A stretch of DNA of 64,000 nucleotides, taken from an uncultured Faecalibacterium sp. (GTDB lineage Bacteria > Bacillota > Clostridia > Oscillospirales > Ruminococcaceae). The position numbers and the translations under genes are program-made. Position 1 is the stretch's first letter. Each line of letters opens with the position of its first letter. The notes below the pieces were generated by a model that made no database searches, was not told the DNA's origin, and was given only the letters and a program-made list of their open reading frames with translations. Below, in pieces: positions 1-11,281 of this stretch. The stretch lies in contig CABQER010000003.1 of NCBI GenBank assembly GCA_902463235.1, positions 9,297 through 73,296 of the forward strand, given 5' to 3'.

Positions 1-799
1 CTACCTTCGCCAGCGCCTCAAGGCTGCGGATAGCCAGCACCTTGTCGCTGGGCATGGCCTCGTTCAGCAGACGGATGGCATCGGCGTTGGCCTTCTGCAC
101 AGCCAGAATGGCCTGTGCCTCGCCCTCGGCTTCCAGAATGCGCTGCTGCTTCACGGCATCGGCGCGCAGGATGGCGGCTTCCTTTTCGCCCTCGGCGGCA
201 GTGATGGCAGCCTGCTTTTCACCATCTGCCTTCAGGATGACGGCGCGCTTCTCACGCTCAGCCTTCATCTGCTTTTCCATGGCTTCCTGAATTTCGCGCG
301 GCGGGATGATGTTCTTCACCTCCACGCGGTTCACCTTGATGCCCCACTTGTCAGTGGCTTCGTCAAGGATGGCGGTGATCTTGCCGTTGATGACGTCGCG
401 GCTGGTCAGGGTGTGGTCCAGCTCCATCTCACCGATGATGTTGCGCAGGGTGGTGGCAGAAAGGCTCTCGATGGCGGCAATGGGCTGGTTGACACCGTAG
501 GTGTACAGTTTTGCGTCCATGACCTGAAAGAACACCACGGTGTCGATCTGCATGGTCACGTTATCACGGGTGATCACGGGCTGAGGGGGAAAGTCTGCCA
601 CCTGCTCCTTCAGGCTTACCTTTTTGGCAATGCGCTCAATAAAGGGGATCTTGACGTGCAGGCCGGCAGACCATGTATCGGAGTAGCTGCCCAGCCGCTC
701 GATGACATATACCTTGGACTGCGGTACGATGACGATGTTGGAAACAATGACCAGCACCAAAACAAAAACAAGCGCAAGGATGACAAAAAACAGGATCAT
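1..799 (-). CDS. SPFH/band 7 (stomatin/QmcA-like) membrane protein, 3' end beyond window edge
   Basis: Minus-strand frame from ATG at 799 (GGAG RBS) reads MILFFVILALVFVLVLVIVSNIVIVPQSKVYVIERLGSY; hydrophobic N-terminus, later PVITRDNVTMQIDTVVFF and MEKQMKAEREKRA, typical of SPFH proteins; follows an NfeD gene. Confidence 0.9.
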   Translation of the reverse strand, partial: MILFFVILALVFVLVLVIVSNIVIVPQSKVYVIERLGSYSDTWSAGLHVKIPFIERIAKKVSLKEQVADFPPQPVITRDNVTMQIDTVVFFQVMDAKLYTYGVNQPIAAIESLSATTLRNIIGEMELDHTLTSRDVINGKITAILDEATDKWGIKVNRVEVKNIIPPREIQEAMEKQMKAEREKRAVILKADGEKQAAITAAEGEKEAAILRADAVKQQRILEAEGEAQAILAVQKANADAIRLLNEAMPSDKVLAIRSLEALAKV

Positions 800-814
800 A
801 ATACATCTCCTTTG

Positions 815-1276
815 TCAGGTGGTTGTGTGGCGGTTGCGGCTTTCGGTCAGAACAGGCTCTACGATGAGCAGGGTGCTGTGGATCTCGGTAACGCGGCAGA
901 GCGCACCGGGCCCAAGGGTGTCGCCGGGGGTGGCGCAGCGGGCGTTCCAGTCCACGCCGTCCAGCCGCACCCGGCCGGGGACTTCGGCGGTGACAGGGGA
1001 AAGCACGATGGCTTCCCGTCCCAGATTGCGGTCGCCGTTGGTGGCGGTGTGCTTGAGCCGTAGCTTTGCCGCCAGCGGGCGGAAGGCTGCAAGGCACAGG
1101 ATGCTTACCACCAGAAAGACCACCGCCTGCACCCGGAACGACCCGGTGAACACGCAGCACAGCAATGCGGCGGCAGAGCCGATGGCAAACCAGATGGAGG
1201 TCATATTAAAGGTACTGGCCTCCAGTGCCAGAAAGCCCACGGCTGCAGCCAGCCAGAGAATAGGGGAGATCTGCAT
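815..1276 (-). CDS. NfeD family membrane protein
   Basis: 153 aa, hydrophobic N-terminal half and C-terminal GRVRLDGVDWNARC; GGAGG RBS; usual partner of SPFH genes. Confidence 0.88.
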   Translation of the reverse strand: MQISPILWLAAAVGFLALEASTFNMTSIWFAIGSAAALLCCVFTGSFRVQAVVFLVVSILCLAAFRPLAAKLRLKHTATNGDRNLGREAIVLSPVTAEVPGRVRLDGVDWNARCATPGDTLGPGALCRVTEIHSTLLIVEPVLTESRNRHTTT

Positions 1277-1536
1277 GGTATGTTACCTCCTTATGCTGCT
1301 ATTATACGGCATCCCCTTGGGGGAAGGTCAAGAGCTTTTTACTGGAACGTTGCACAGAAAACAAAATATAGACAAAAATGGAAAAAAAGCCCGTAAATCA
1401 CTGCGTCCCACCCTGTGAAAAAAGTAAGTCGGGAAGCTCCGCAGAGTTTCTCGACTTACAAATAAAGAATAGAATCCCGCTGTGGATGCTCAGAGCACAA
1501 GCGGAGAGCATTCAAATCGTTACAGCCTCGCAGGCA

Positions 1537-3393
1537 TCACTGGATATCGTAGTAGCTGTGGTTGGGGTTATGGCCGTTTTCCTCCACCACGATAGTAAAG
1601 CCCATGGGGTTTACCTCGGTGTGCTTGCCACTGGCCAGCGGCTCCACGATGATGTGCTCAGAGCGGTTCACGATGATCTCCGCAGTCTCGGTCTTACCGA
1701 TGCGCTGATAGTGCAGGATGCCGTCCTCAGCCCGCAGCACCCGCAGCTCGCCGGTGCGGAAGGCTTCGCAGCTGTGGCGCAGCTGCGCCAGCTGTGCCAG
1801 CACCGGGCGCAGCCGCTCCTCGTGGCTGTCCCAGCAGAAGAAGGCGCGGTTGAAGGGGTCGCGGTAGCCCTGCATCCCGATCTCATCGCCGTAGTACAGG
1901 CAGGGCACGCCGGGCAGGGTGTAGATGATGGCATACGCCATGCGCAGACGCAGCATCCCTTCCTCGTAGGCTTCGCCGGTCACGCTGCGGCCGCTCTGCC
2001 ACTCCCGGCCGCGTCCGTTGGCGGGCTCGTCCGCGATCACAGTCAGGGCGCGCTCGGTGTCGTGGGTGGACAGGAAATTCAGCGCCGTGTTGATGGCCGG
2101 GGCAGGGTAGTGCTCGCAGATGGAAAGGATCTCGTTGGCGGCCTGCTGGGCGGGCTTGCCCTTGACAAAATCCAGCACGGAGTTCTTGAAGGGGTAGTTC
2201 ATCACGCTGTCCAGCCCCTTGCCCAGCAGGTAGGTGCGGCGGTGGTCAAAGCCGAACTTGGTTGTGGCGTCCTCCCACACCTCGCCCAGCAAAAACTTCT
2301 CCGGGCTTACCCGCTTGACGGCGGTGCGGATCTTCTCGATGAACGCGTCCGGCAGCTCGTCGGCCACATCCAGCCGGAAACCGGCAGCACCACGGCGCAG
2401 CCATGTGTCGATGACGCCGCCCTCGCCGGTGATGAACTCCACAAAGGAGGGGGTCTCCTCGTTGACCTCCGGCAGGGTCTCGAAACCCCACCAGCTGCGG
2501 TAGCCGCCCTTGTACTTGGGGTCAAAATCGTACCAGCTGCGGTAAGGGGAGTTGGGGTCGCGGTAAGCGCCGCCCTCGCCGTAGCGTCCCTCGCGGTTGA
2601 AGTACCGGCTGTCGGAGCCGGTATGGCTGAACACACCGTCCAGCACGATGCCGATGCCGTACTTGGCGGCCTCGCGGCAGAGCACCTCGAACTCTTCGTT
2701 GGTGCCCAGCAGCGGGTCCACGTTCAGGTAGTCGGCGGTGTTGTAGCGGTGGTTGGAGTGCGCCTCAAAGATGGGGTTCAGGTACAGGTAGTCTACACCC
2801 ATCTCCCGCAGGTAGGGCAGCTTGATGCGGATGCCCTCTAAATCGCCGCCGAAATAGTCCTCGTTCAGGTGACCGCCGGTCTCATTGGGCTGCCAGAAGG
2901 GCTCGGCGTGCTTGTCGGCCTGATACAGCCGGTCCGGGAAGGGCATGGGCTTGTTCTCAATGCCCTCGCAGAACCGGTCCGGGAAGATCTGGTAGAACAC
3001 CTTGCCCTTGATGCATTCCGGCGTCTGGAAATCCGGCTCGTAGACCGTGATCTGCCAGCTTTCGCCCTGCTGCCAGCTGACCACGCCGCAGTTATCTGCC
3101 CCGCGCACGATGCGGCGGAAGTCGGTATACAGATCAAAGTAATAGAAGTATAAGCCCGGGTCGCCCAGCACAACATCCACCGAAAAGTGGTTCTGGTGCG
3201 GTGTCTGACCGTCAAATTTCATGCGGTAGTGCACGGGCACATCGTATTTGCCCTCCTTTTGCAGCACAAGGTGCGGGTCCACATAGCCCAGCTCCTCGGG
3301 GATGCACAGGGACAGGTGCACGGTCTGCCCGGCGCGCACGGCACCAAAGGGCTGCTTAAAGTAGGGGTCGTAGCTGTTGAACAGACAAGACAA
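1537..3393 (-). CDS. GH13 alpha-glucan hydrolase (neopullulanase/amylopullulanase-like)
   Basis: YQIFPDRF, GGDLEGI, SNHRY, LDGVFSH, GFRLDVADE, GEVW, FLSTHD, YYGDE motifs; TTG start uncertain. Confidence 0.92.
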   Translation of the reverse strand: MSCLFNSYDPYFKQPFGAVRAGQTVHLSLCIPEELGYVDPHLVLQKEGKYDVPVHYRMKFDGQTPHQNHFSVDVVLGDPGLYFYYFDLYTDFRRIVRGADNCGVVSWQQGESWQITVYEPDFQTPECIKGKVFYQIFPDRFCEGIENKPMPFPDRLYQADKHAEPFWQPNETGGHLNEDYFGGDLEGIRIKLPYLREMGVDYLYLNPIFEAHSNHRYNTADYLNVDPLLGTNEEFEVLCREAAKYGIGIVLDGVFSHTGSDSRYFNREGRYGEGGAYRDPNSPYRSWYDFDPKYKGGYRSWWGFETLPEVNEETPSFVEFITGEGGVIDTWLRRGAAGFRLDVADELPDAFIEKIRTAVKRVSPEKFLLGEVWEDATTKFGFDHRRTYLLGKGLDSVMNYPFKNSVLDFVKGKPAQQAANEILSICEHYPAPAINTALNFLSTHDTERALTVIADEPANGRGREWQSGRSVTGEAYEEGMLRLRMAYAIIYTLPGVPCLYYGDEIGMQGYRDPFNRAFFCWDSHEERLRPVLAQLAQLRHSCEAFRTGELRVLRAEDGILHYQRIGKTETAEIIVNRSEHIIVEPLASGKHTEVNPMGFTIVVEENGHNPNHSYYDIQ

Positions 3394-3466
3394 AAAAATC
3401 GTCCTTTCTCAAAAAAGCCCCGGCGGGCGAAACGCCACCGGGGCTTTGCGGTTTTACAGGGGAAAA

Positions 3467-5872
3467 TTACTTGCCCATGGGCACGGGGGAAGCGTACCAG
3501 ATATCGCGGGCGTAGTCCAGCACGGCGCGGTCTGCGCTGAAGATGCCGCTGTTGGCAATGTTCTTCAGGCTCATGCGGGCCCAAGTCTCGCGGTCAGCAT
3601 ACAGCTTCTGCAGGTCGGCCTGTGCACGGCGGTAGTCCTTGAAGTCGGCCATGACCATGTACGGGTCGCTGCTGCGCAGGTTCTCGGTGACCTCGTGGAA
3701 GTTCTCGCCGTTCCAGCCGCGCTCCAGGAAGTTCAGGGCGCTGTTGGCAACGTCATCGCCCATGATAAAGGCGTTGGGGTGGTAGCCCACATGCTTCAGG
3801 TTGTTCACCTCAGGGGTCAGCATACCGAAGATCAGCTCGTTCTCCTTGCCGGCAGCATCGGCGATCTCCACGTTTGCGCCGTCCAGCGTGCCCAGCGTGA
3901 TAGCACCGTTCAGCATGAACTTCATGTTGCCGGTACCGGAAGCCTCGGTGCCTGCCAGAGAGATCTGCTCAGAGACCTCGGCAGCGGGCATCAGGTGCTC
4001 GCTCAGAGAGACGCAGTACTCTTCCAGATAGACCACGCGCAGCTTGTCGCGCACAGCGGGGTCGTTGTTAATGAGGTCGCCCAGCTTGCAGATCATGCGG
4101 ATCATCTGCTTTGCCATGTAGTAGCCGGGAGCAGCCTTTGCGCCGAAGATATAGGTCTTGGGGATGAAGTCGGCGTTGGGGTTCTCCTTCAGGTACAGGT
4201 ACTGAGCCGCGATGTTCAGCGCATTCAGGTGCTGGCGCTTGTACTCGTGCATACGCTTGACCTGGCAGTCAAAGATGGAATTAGGGTCGATCACCTGACC
4301 GGTGCTCTTTGCCAGATAGCTTGCAAAGTCCTTCTTGTTGGCCAGCTTGATCTCGTTCAGCTTCTTCAGCACGGTCTTGTCGTCGGCGTACTTGTTCAGC
4401 TTGGTCAGATCAGAAGCATCGTGCTTGTAGCCGTCGCCGATGGTCTCGTCCAGCAGCTTGCACAGGCCGGGGTTAGAGGCCAGCAGCCAGCGGCGGTATG
4501 CAATGCCGTTGGTCACGTTCTTGAAGGCGTTGGGCTTGAACAGGTAGTAATCGTGGAAAACGCTCTCCTTGATGATCTCGCTGTGCAGCTTGGAAACGCC
4601 GTTGATGCTGTTGGCGGTGTAGGCGCAGATGTTGGCCATGCGCACCTGATTGTCGCCGATCAGTGCCATGTAGTCGATCTTGCCCTGATCGCCGGGGAAG
4701 GCCTTTGCCAGCTCCTCGCGGGCGCGGCGATCCATCTCCACCACGATCTGGTAGATGCGGGGCAGGGTCATCTTGAAGATGTCCACGTTCCACTTCTCCA
4801 GAGCCTCGGCCATAACGGTGTGGTTGGTGTAGGAGAACACCCTCTGGCAGATGCTGAAGGCCTTGTCCCAGTCAAAGCCGCACTCGTCCAGCAGGATGCG
4901 CATCATCTCGGGGATGGCCAGGGTGGGGTGGGTGTCGTTCAACTGGATGGCGACCTTGTCGGGCAGGTTTTCCAGCGTAGCGTAGCTGGACAAGTGGTTC
5001 TGCACGATATCGCCGATAGAAGCAGCGGACAGGAAGTACTGCTGACGCAGGCGCAGGATCTTGCCCTCAACGTGGTTGTCGTTGGGGTACAGCACCTTGG
5101 AGATGAGCTCGGCGTTGGCGTTCTTGCTCATGGCGGTGTTGTAGTTGCCCAGAGAGAAGCTGGACATATCAAAGTCCGGAGCCTTTGCCTGCCACAGACG
5201 CAGCTTTGCAACGCCCTTTCCATCGTAGCCCTGCACATACATATCGGAGGGGATGGCCATGACGCTGTTGTAGTTGGTGTGCTGGATGTAGTGGAAGCCG
5301 TTGTCCCAGTTCTCGTGGATCTCGCCGTCAAAGCGGATTTCCACAGCCTGATCCGGGTGGCTCTTCAGCCACACCTGACCGCCGGGCAGCCAGTTGTCGG
5401 CGCGCTCCTGCTGCCAGCCGTCCACGATCTTCTGCTTGAAGATGCCGTACTCGTACAGGATGGAGTAGCCGGTGCCGCAGATATCGGTGGTGGCCATGCC
5501 GTCCAGATAGCAGGCAGCCAGACGGCCCAAGCCGCCGTTGCCCAGACCTGCATCGGGCTCTTCCTCAAAAATGCTGTCCAGATTGATGTCAGCGTCGGCC
5601 AGTGCCTTCTTGGCAACCTCGTCCAGACCCAGATTGAACAGGCTCATCTTCAGGCTGCGGCCCATCAAAAACTCCATGCAGAGGTAGTAGACCTGCTTGG
5701 TGCCGGTGCCGATAGCCTTGGACTGGAACTTTTTGTGGTTCTCGCTCATCATCTGACGGCAGATCAGAGCCAGAGAGCGGTAGATCTGCTGGTTGGAGGC
5801 AACATTCAGCTCCACACCATACTCACTGGTGAGCTTGTCCTGAAGAATTTTGCCAAATTCTTTTGATGTCAT
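3467..5872 (-). CDS. glgP: Glycogen/maltodextrin phosphorylase
   Basis: GLGNGGLGRLAAC, QLNDTHP, KRMHEYKRQ, EASGTGNMKFMLNG (PLP lysine) motifs. Confidence 0.97.
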   Translation of the reverse strand: MTSKEFGKILQDKLTSEYGVELNVASNQQIYRSLALICRQMMSENHKKFQSKAIGTGTKQVYYLCMEFLMGRSLKMSLFNLGLDEVAKKALADADINLDSIFEEEPDAGLGNGGLGRLAACYLDGMATTDICGTGYSILYEYGIFKQKIVDGWQQERADNWLPGGQVWLKSHPDQAVEIRFDGEIHENWDNGFHYIQHTNYNSVMAIPSDMYVQGYDGKGVAKLRLWQAKAPDFDMSSFSLGNYNTAMSKNANAELISKVLYPNDNHVEGKILRLRQQYFLSAASIGDIVQNHLSSYATLENLPDKVAIQLNDTHPTLAIPEMMRILLDECGFDWDKAFSICQRVFSYTNHTVMAEALEKWNVDIFKMTLPRIYQIVVEMDRRAREELAKAFPGDQGKIDYMALIGDNQVRMANICAYTANSINGVSKLHSEIIKESVFHDYYLFKPNAFKNVTNGIAYRRWLLASNPGLCKLLDETIGDGYKHDASDLTKLNKYADDKTVLKKLNEIKLANKKDFASYLAKSTGQVIDPNSIFDCQVKRMHEYKRQHLNALNIAAQYLYLKENPNADFIPKTYIFGAKAAPGYYMAKQMIRMICKLGDLINNDPAVRDKLRVVYLEEYCVSLSEHLMPAAEVSEQISLAGTEASGTGNMKFMLNGAITLGTLDGANVEIADAAGKENELIFGMLTPEVNNLKHVGYHPNAFIMGDDVANSALNFLERGWNGENFHEVTENLRSSDPYMVMADFKDYRRAQADLQKLYADRETWARMSLKNIANSGIFSADRAVLDYARDIWYASPVPMGK

Positions 5873-5934
5873 AGTGTGCTCCTATCCGCATAAGCGTTTG
5901 CTTTGCTAAAATAATTGAGTAGATAATAGCAGCA

Positions 5935-6213
5935 GAAACGTTCCCTCTTTCGCCCGGCTGCCAACATAACACCGTTATTATAATATGAACGATTTATAAA
6001 TGCAAGGAAACAGGCGCTTTTTTTCCGTAACTGCTATTTTTTCAGGCCACTTTCTGACAAATATGCCGAAATTTCAAAAATTCCACTTTTTCTTGCGGCG
6101 TATTTATATTATAATAGAAGGCAGAACTGAGCAGCGAAACGTTTTTCGGGGAGTAATTCCGGCGGTAATGGGGCGGGAAACTCCATCGAAACGTTTTCGA
6201 ACACCGAAACGTT
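5935..6213. promoter_or_regulatory. Four GAAACGTT boxes, candidate LacI-family operators in the divergent glgP/zapA intergenic region
   Basis: GAAACGTT at 5935, 6136, 6188 and 6206; the 6186-6200 copy is the near-palindrome TCGAAACGTTTTCGA with central CG. Confidence 0.45.
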
Positions 6214-6298
6214 ACCGGGAACAATGTCAAATCCCGGCAAGATGCAGAACAAACGGCCTTGCGCCGTACAGATACAGGATAAAAAAGGGGAAAACACC

Positions 6299-6763
6299 AT
6301 GGTAAACAAGGTAAGGGTCAACATCGCGGGCACACCGTATGCCATCGCCACCACAGATTCGGAAAAATACATCCTGGGTCTTGCCAAAAAGCTGGACGAG
6401 GACATCACAAAGCTGCTGGACACCAACGATAACCTCTCGGTGACCAAGGCGGCGGTGTTCTGCGCGATGGATTATCTGGACGAATACCGCAAGAGCACCG
6501 GCAGCGCAGAGAATATGCGCAGCCAAATCCAGGACTACATTGCAGATGCAGCCCGGGCAAAGCTGGCCGAGGACAAGGCACTGGCGGAAAACGCCGTACT
6601 GCGCCGGGAAGCTGCTGCCCTGCGGGAGCAGCTTGCCAAGGAACGCCAGCGCGAGACCCGCCGGGAGGAGCGCGCCGCCCGCGCTGCGGCAGAGACTGCA
6701 CAGGAGCAGCCCGCCCCGGAAGCCCCGGCGGAAGAGAGTACGCAGACGGACGAGACCAATTGA
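6299..6763 (+). CDS. zapA: Cell division protein ZapA
   Basis: MVNKVRVNIAGTPYAI...YILGLAKKLDEDI...KAAVFCAM followed by a coiled coil; ATG at 6299 after AGGGG. Confidence 0.8.
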   Translation: MVNKVRVNIAGTPYAIATTDSEKYILGLAKKLDEDITKLLDTNDNLSVTKAAVFCAMDYLDEYRKSTGSAENMRSQIQDYIADAARAKLAEDKALAENAVLRREAAALREQLAKERQRETRREERAARAAAETAQEQPAPEAPAEESTQTDETN

Positions 6764-6799
6764 ATGTACCTTATATAAATAGAAGTCAGAAGGAGAACT

Positions 6800-8869
6800 A
6801 TGGCAAGGATCGAGATCTTAGCCCCGGTGGGCAGTGAAGAAATGCTCCGCGCGGCGGTGTTCAGCGGCGCGGACGCAGTATATCTGGGCTTTTCGGGCTT
6901 CAACGCCCGCACGGGTGCAGGCAACTTTGATGCAGACAGTCTAAAGGAGGCCGTGCGCTTTTGCCATGCCCGGGGCGTGGCGGTGCACGTTGCGCTGAAT
7001 ACGACCGTGTATGGCACCGAGCTGTCGGCACTGGAACAGGCTATCCGGGCGGTAGCAGCCAGCGGAGCGGATGCAGTCATCTGTCAGGATCTGGCGGTGG
7101 CTACCTTAATTGGTAAAATCGCCCCGCAGCTGCCCCGGCACGGCTCTACCCAGATGAGCGTCCACACCCTGCAAGGCGCACTGGAACTGAAGGAGCTGGG
7201 CTTTACCCGGGTGGTGCTGGCGCGTGAGCTGAGTCTGCCCGAAGTGGAGCACATCACAAAGCACTGCGGCATCGAGACCGAGTGTTTCATCCACGGTGCG
7301 CTGTGCATGAGCGTGAGCGGCCAGTGCTATATGTCCGCCTTTCTGGGCGGGCGCAGCGGCAACCGCGGCTCCTGTGCGGGCCCCTGCCGTCTGCCCTTTG
7401 AAGCCAATGCCTTGCCGGAAGGCAAGCCCGGGCGGCTGCATCACCTCTCCCTTAAGGATAACTCCGCCATCGACAAGCTGGACAAGCTGCAGGCGCTTGG
7501 CGTAGCATCTGCAAAGATCGAGGGACGTCTGCGCACGCCGGAGTATGTGGCGGCGGCGGTCAGCGCTTGTCTGGCAGGCCGCGAGGGCCGCGCCTACGAC
7601 TGTGACCTGCTGAAGAACGCCTTCAGCCGCTCCGGTTTCACCTCTGGCTATCTGGATGGAAAAATCGACGGCACCATGTTCGGTGTGCGCAGCGAAGCCG
7701 ATGCTGAGCTGACCAAAAAGACCCTGCCCATGCTGCGCGAGCTTTACCGCCGCGAACGCTCCCGCGTGCCGGTGCAGATGAAACTGGAAATCGAGGAGGG
7801 CGGCGAAAAGCTGACCGTTACCGATGCCGATGGCAACAAGGCCTTTGCCTACGGGGATGCCGAGCCGCAGCCCGCCCGCACCGACCCCACCGAGAGCCTG
7901 AACCGCAGCTTGGCAAAGACCGGCGGCACCCCCTTTACGGCAGAAAAAATCACGGTGGAAATGGACGGCGGGCCGTGGTTCATCCCCGGCAGCGCCGTAA
8001 ACGAGCTGCGCCGGGAGGCGTTGGATGCCCTGCTCAAAAAGCGGGAGGTGTTGCGTCCTTGGCCTACCACCGAGGAGCACGTCGCTGCCCTGCCGCAGCG
8101 CACTCTGCCGCCCCGTCGCACCTTGCGCGCCCGGTTCGAGCGCTGGGATCAGGTGCCGGAGCGGGCACTTGACGGGGTAGAGTACCTCATCCTGCCCATT
8201 GCGCAGGCCGACCGTGTGCCCCGGGAGTGGCGGGCAAAGACCCTTCTGGAGCTGCCCCGGGTCATGTTCGGTGCGCTGGAGCAGGATACCGCCCGCCGTA
8301 TTGCGGCTACGCAGGATGCGGGCTTTGCCGGGTACGAGGCTAGCAACATCGCCCATCTACGGCTGTGCCGTGGGCTGCCCATGACCGGCGGCTTCGGGCT
8401 GAACATCACCAACAATGTGGCGGCGCAGTTCTATGCAGAGCAGGGGCTTTCCAGCCTACTCATCCTGCCGGAGGTAAAAGACAGCGATATTGTGTCCATT
8501 GCGCCTGCCCGGAACGGTAAGCCTGTGCCCACGGGTGTGATGATTTACGGCCATATGCCGCTGATGCTCACCCGCGCCTGCCCGCTGCAAAATATCCACG
8601 ACTGTGCCCACTGCGATAAGACCGGCGTGCTGACCGACCGCAAGGCCAAAAAGTTCCCGGTGCGGTGCGGCCTTGGGGTGCGCACCATCTATAACCCGGT
8701 GCCCATCTATATGGGCGATAAGCCCGGCGCGCTGGCGGTGGACTACGGCGTGGCCTACTTTACGCTGGAATCCCGCGAGGAAGCAGCGCAGATTTTGGAA
8801 ATGATTCGTAGCCACGCCCCCTTTGAGGGCGATTTTACCCGCGGTCTGTATTTTAAAGGTACGAACTAA
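6800..8869 (+). CDS. U32 peptidase family protein (RlhA-like RNA hydroxylase, long form)
   Basis: EILAPVG, GADAVYLG, HGSTQMSV, HGALCMSVSGQC, SGNRGSCAGPCR, KIEGR motifs. Confidence 0.9.
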   Translation: MARIEILAPVGSEEMLRAAVFSGADAVYLGFSGFNARTGAGNFDADSLKEAVRFCHARGVAVHVALNTTVYGTELSALEQAIRAVAASGADAVICQDLAVATLIGKIAPQLPRHGSTQMSVHTLQGALELKELGFTRVVLARELSLPEVEHITKHCGIETECFIHGALCMSVSGQCYMSAFLGGRSGNRGSCAGPCRLPFEANALPEGKPGRLHHLSLKDNSAIDKLDKLQALGVASAKIEGRLRTPEYVAAAVSACLAGREGRAYDCDLLKNAFSRSGFTSGYLDGKIDGTMFGVRSEADAELTKKTLPMLRELYRRERSRVPVQMKLEIEEGGEKLTVTDADGNKAFAYGDAEPQPARTDPTESLNRSLAKTGGTPFTAEKITVEMDGGPWFIPGSAVNELRREALDALLKKREVLRPWPTTEEHVAALPQRTLPPRRTLRARFERWDQVPERALDGVEYLILPIAQADRVPREWRAKTLLELPRVMFGALEQDTARRIAATQDAGFAGYEASNIAHLRLCRGLPMTGGFGLNITNNVAAQFYAEQGLSSLLILPEVKDSDIVSIAPARNGKPVPTGVMIYGHMPLMLTRACPLQNIHDCAHCDKTGVLTDRKAKKFPVRCGLGVRTIYNPVPIYMGDKPGALAVDYGVAYFTLESREEAAQILEMIRSHAPFEGDFTRGLYFKGTN

Positions 8870-8893
8870 CAAAAAACGAAACGAGGTTATACG

Positions 8894-9340
8894 ATGGAAC
8901 CCATCACTGTAAAATATAAGGTACTGGATGCCCGGGCAAAGGTGCCCGCTTATGCCACCCCCGGCGCAGCTGCCGCCGACCTGTGCGCTGTGCTGGACGC
9001 ACCGCTGACCGTTGCCCCCATGCAGCGGGTGCTGGTGCCCACCGGTCTTGCCATCGAGCTGCCCGGTGCCCACAGTGTGGCGCTGGTGTACGCCCGCAGC
9101 GGCCTGTCCATCAAGCACGGCCTGTGCATGGCCAACGGCGTGGGCGTGGTGGACAGCGATTACCGCGGCGAGCTGAAGGTGCCCATGGTCAATCTGGGTG
9201 CCGAGGCCTATACCATCCAGCCCGGCGAGCGGGTGGCGCAGCTGTGCATCGCCCCGGTGTATACCGCTGCCTTTGTGCCCGCCGAGGAGCTGGGCGACAC
9301 CCAGCGCGGCGCGGGCGGCTTTGGCTCTACCGGCCGATAA
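8894..9340 (+). CDS. dut: dUTP diphosphatase
   Basis: AAADL, ARSGL, GVVDSDYRGE, RGAGGFGSTG motifs. Confidence 0.96.
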   Translation: MEPITVKYKVLDARAKVPAYATPGAAAADLCAVLDAPLTVAPMQRVLVPTGLAIELPGAHSVALVYARSGLSIKHGLCMANGVGVVDSDYRGELKVPMVNLGAEAYTIQPGERVAQLCIAPVYTAAFVPAEELGDTQRGAGGFGSTGR

Positions 9341-9358
9341 GGAAGGGACGCGGCAAAA

Positions 9359-9922
9359 ATGAAGGAGAATGAGTTGATTTTAGCTTCCGGCAGCCCCCGC
9401 AGACGGGAACTGCTCTCCCTGTATACCACTGATTTCACGGTCTGCGTCAGCGATTTTGACGAGAGCGCCGTCACTGCGCCCACCCCGGCGCAGCTGGTGG
9501 AGCAGCTGGCCATCGGCAAATGCCTTGCAGTGGCAAAGCAGCACCCGGATGCCGTGGTCATTGGCTGCGACACCGTGGTGGATGTGGACGGCACCGTATT
9601 CGGCAAGCCCCACGATGCCGAGGACGCCAAGCGGATGCTGCGCGCCCTCTCCGGCAAGACCCATCAGGTGCACACCGGTGTGTGCATTGCAAAAGGGGAC
9701 AGGGCAGAGCATTTTGTGGACAGCTGCAAGGTGACCTTTTTCCCGCTGGGGGAGGAGGAGATCGCGTTCTACACCGCCACCCCGGAACCCTACGATAAAG
9801 CCGGTGCCTACGCCATTCAGGGGCGCGCAGCCCTGTGGCTGGACCGCATCGAGGGCGACTACTACACCATTATGGGGCTGCCGGTCAGCCGCACCGTACA
9901 GCTGCTGGCGCATTTTTTGTGA
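9359..9922 (+). CDS. maf: Maf nucleotide pyrophosphatase
   Basis: ILASGSPRRRELL, IGCDTVV, GKP, DKAGAYAIQG, MGLP. Confidence 0.95.
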   Translation: MKENELILASGSPRRRELLSLYTTDFTVCVSDFDESAVTAPTPAQLVEQLAIGKCLAVAKQHPDAVVIGCDTVVDVDGTVFGKPHDAEDAKRMLRALSGKTHQVHTGVCIAKGDRAEHFVDSCKVTFFPLGEEEIAFYTATPEPYDKAGAYAIQGRAALWLDRIEGDYYTIMGLPVSRTVQLLAHFL

Positions 9923-10084
9923 GAAAAATGGAAAAATGATAGAAAACTTGCCGAAACGCTTGAGAAATGAAGCACTTGCGGCTATAATAGAACCGTGTTA
10001 TTCTGCGCAGGAGGGTCTGTTTGCAGCAGACTATCCGGCATTCTGGGATAGATTTAAGGAACGATCGTAAGGAGATTTGGAACA

Positions 10085-11107
<1,023 letters not shown>

Positions 11108-11281
11108 GAGCGGCTCTCTGCGGAGAGAGTTGCTTTAAATGCGGAAAAGTTTCAGACACAGCAGCTGTGCGTTTTTCCGCTGCAAACACTGCATCTTGCG
11201 CGGATGGCACGGCTGTCCGCGCTTTTTTCATGCAAAGGCCTGCGGTAGGGCGCGGGCATCCCGACAGGAGGGAAGGACCCT

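Noticed and set aside
1421..1462. Long hairpin between the GH13 and nfeD genes as an ncRNA or mobile repeat
   Set aside because: Single copy in the window; adequately explained as a terminator for the GH13 gene.
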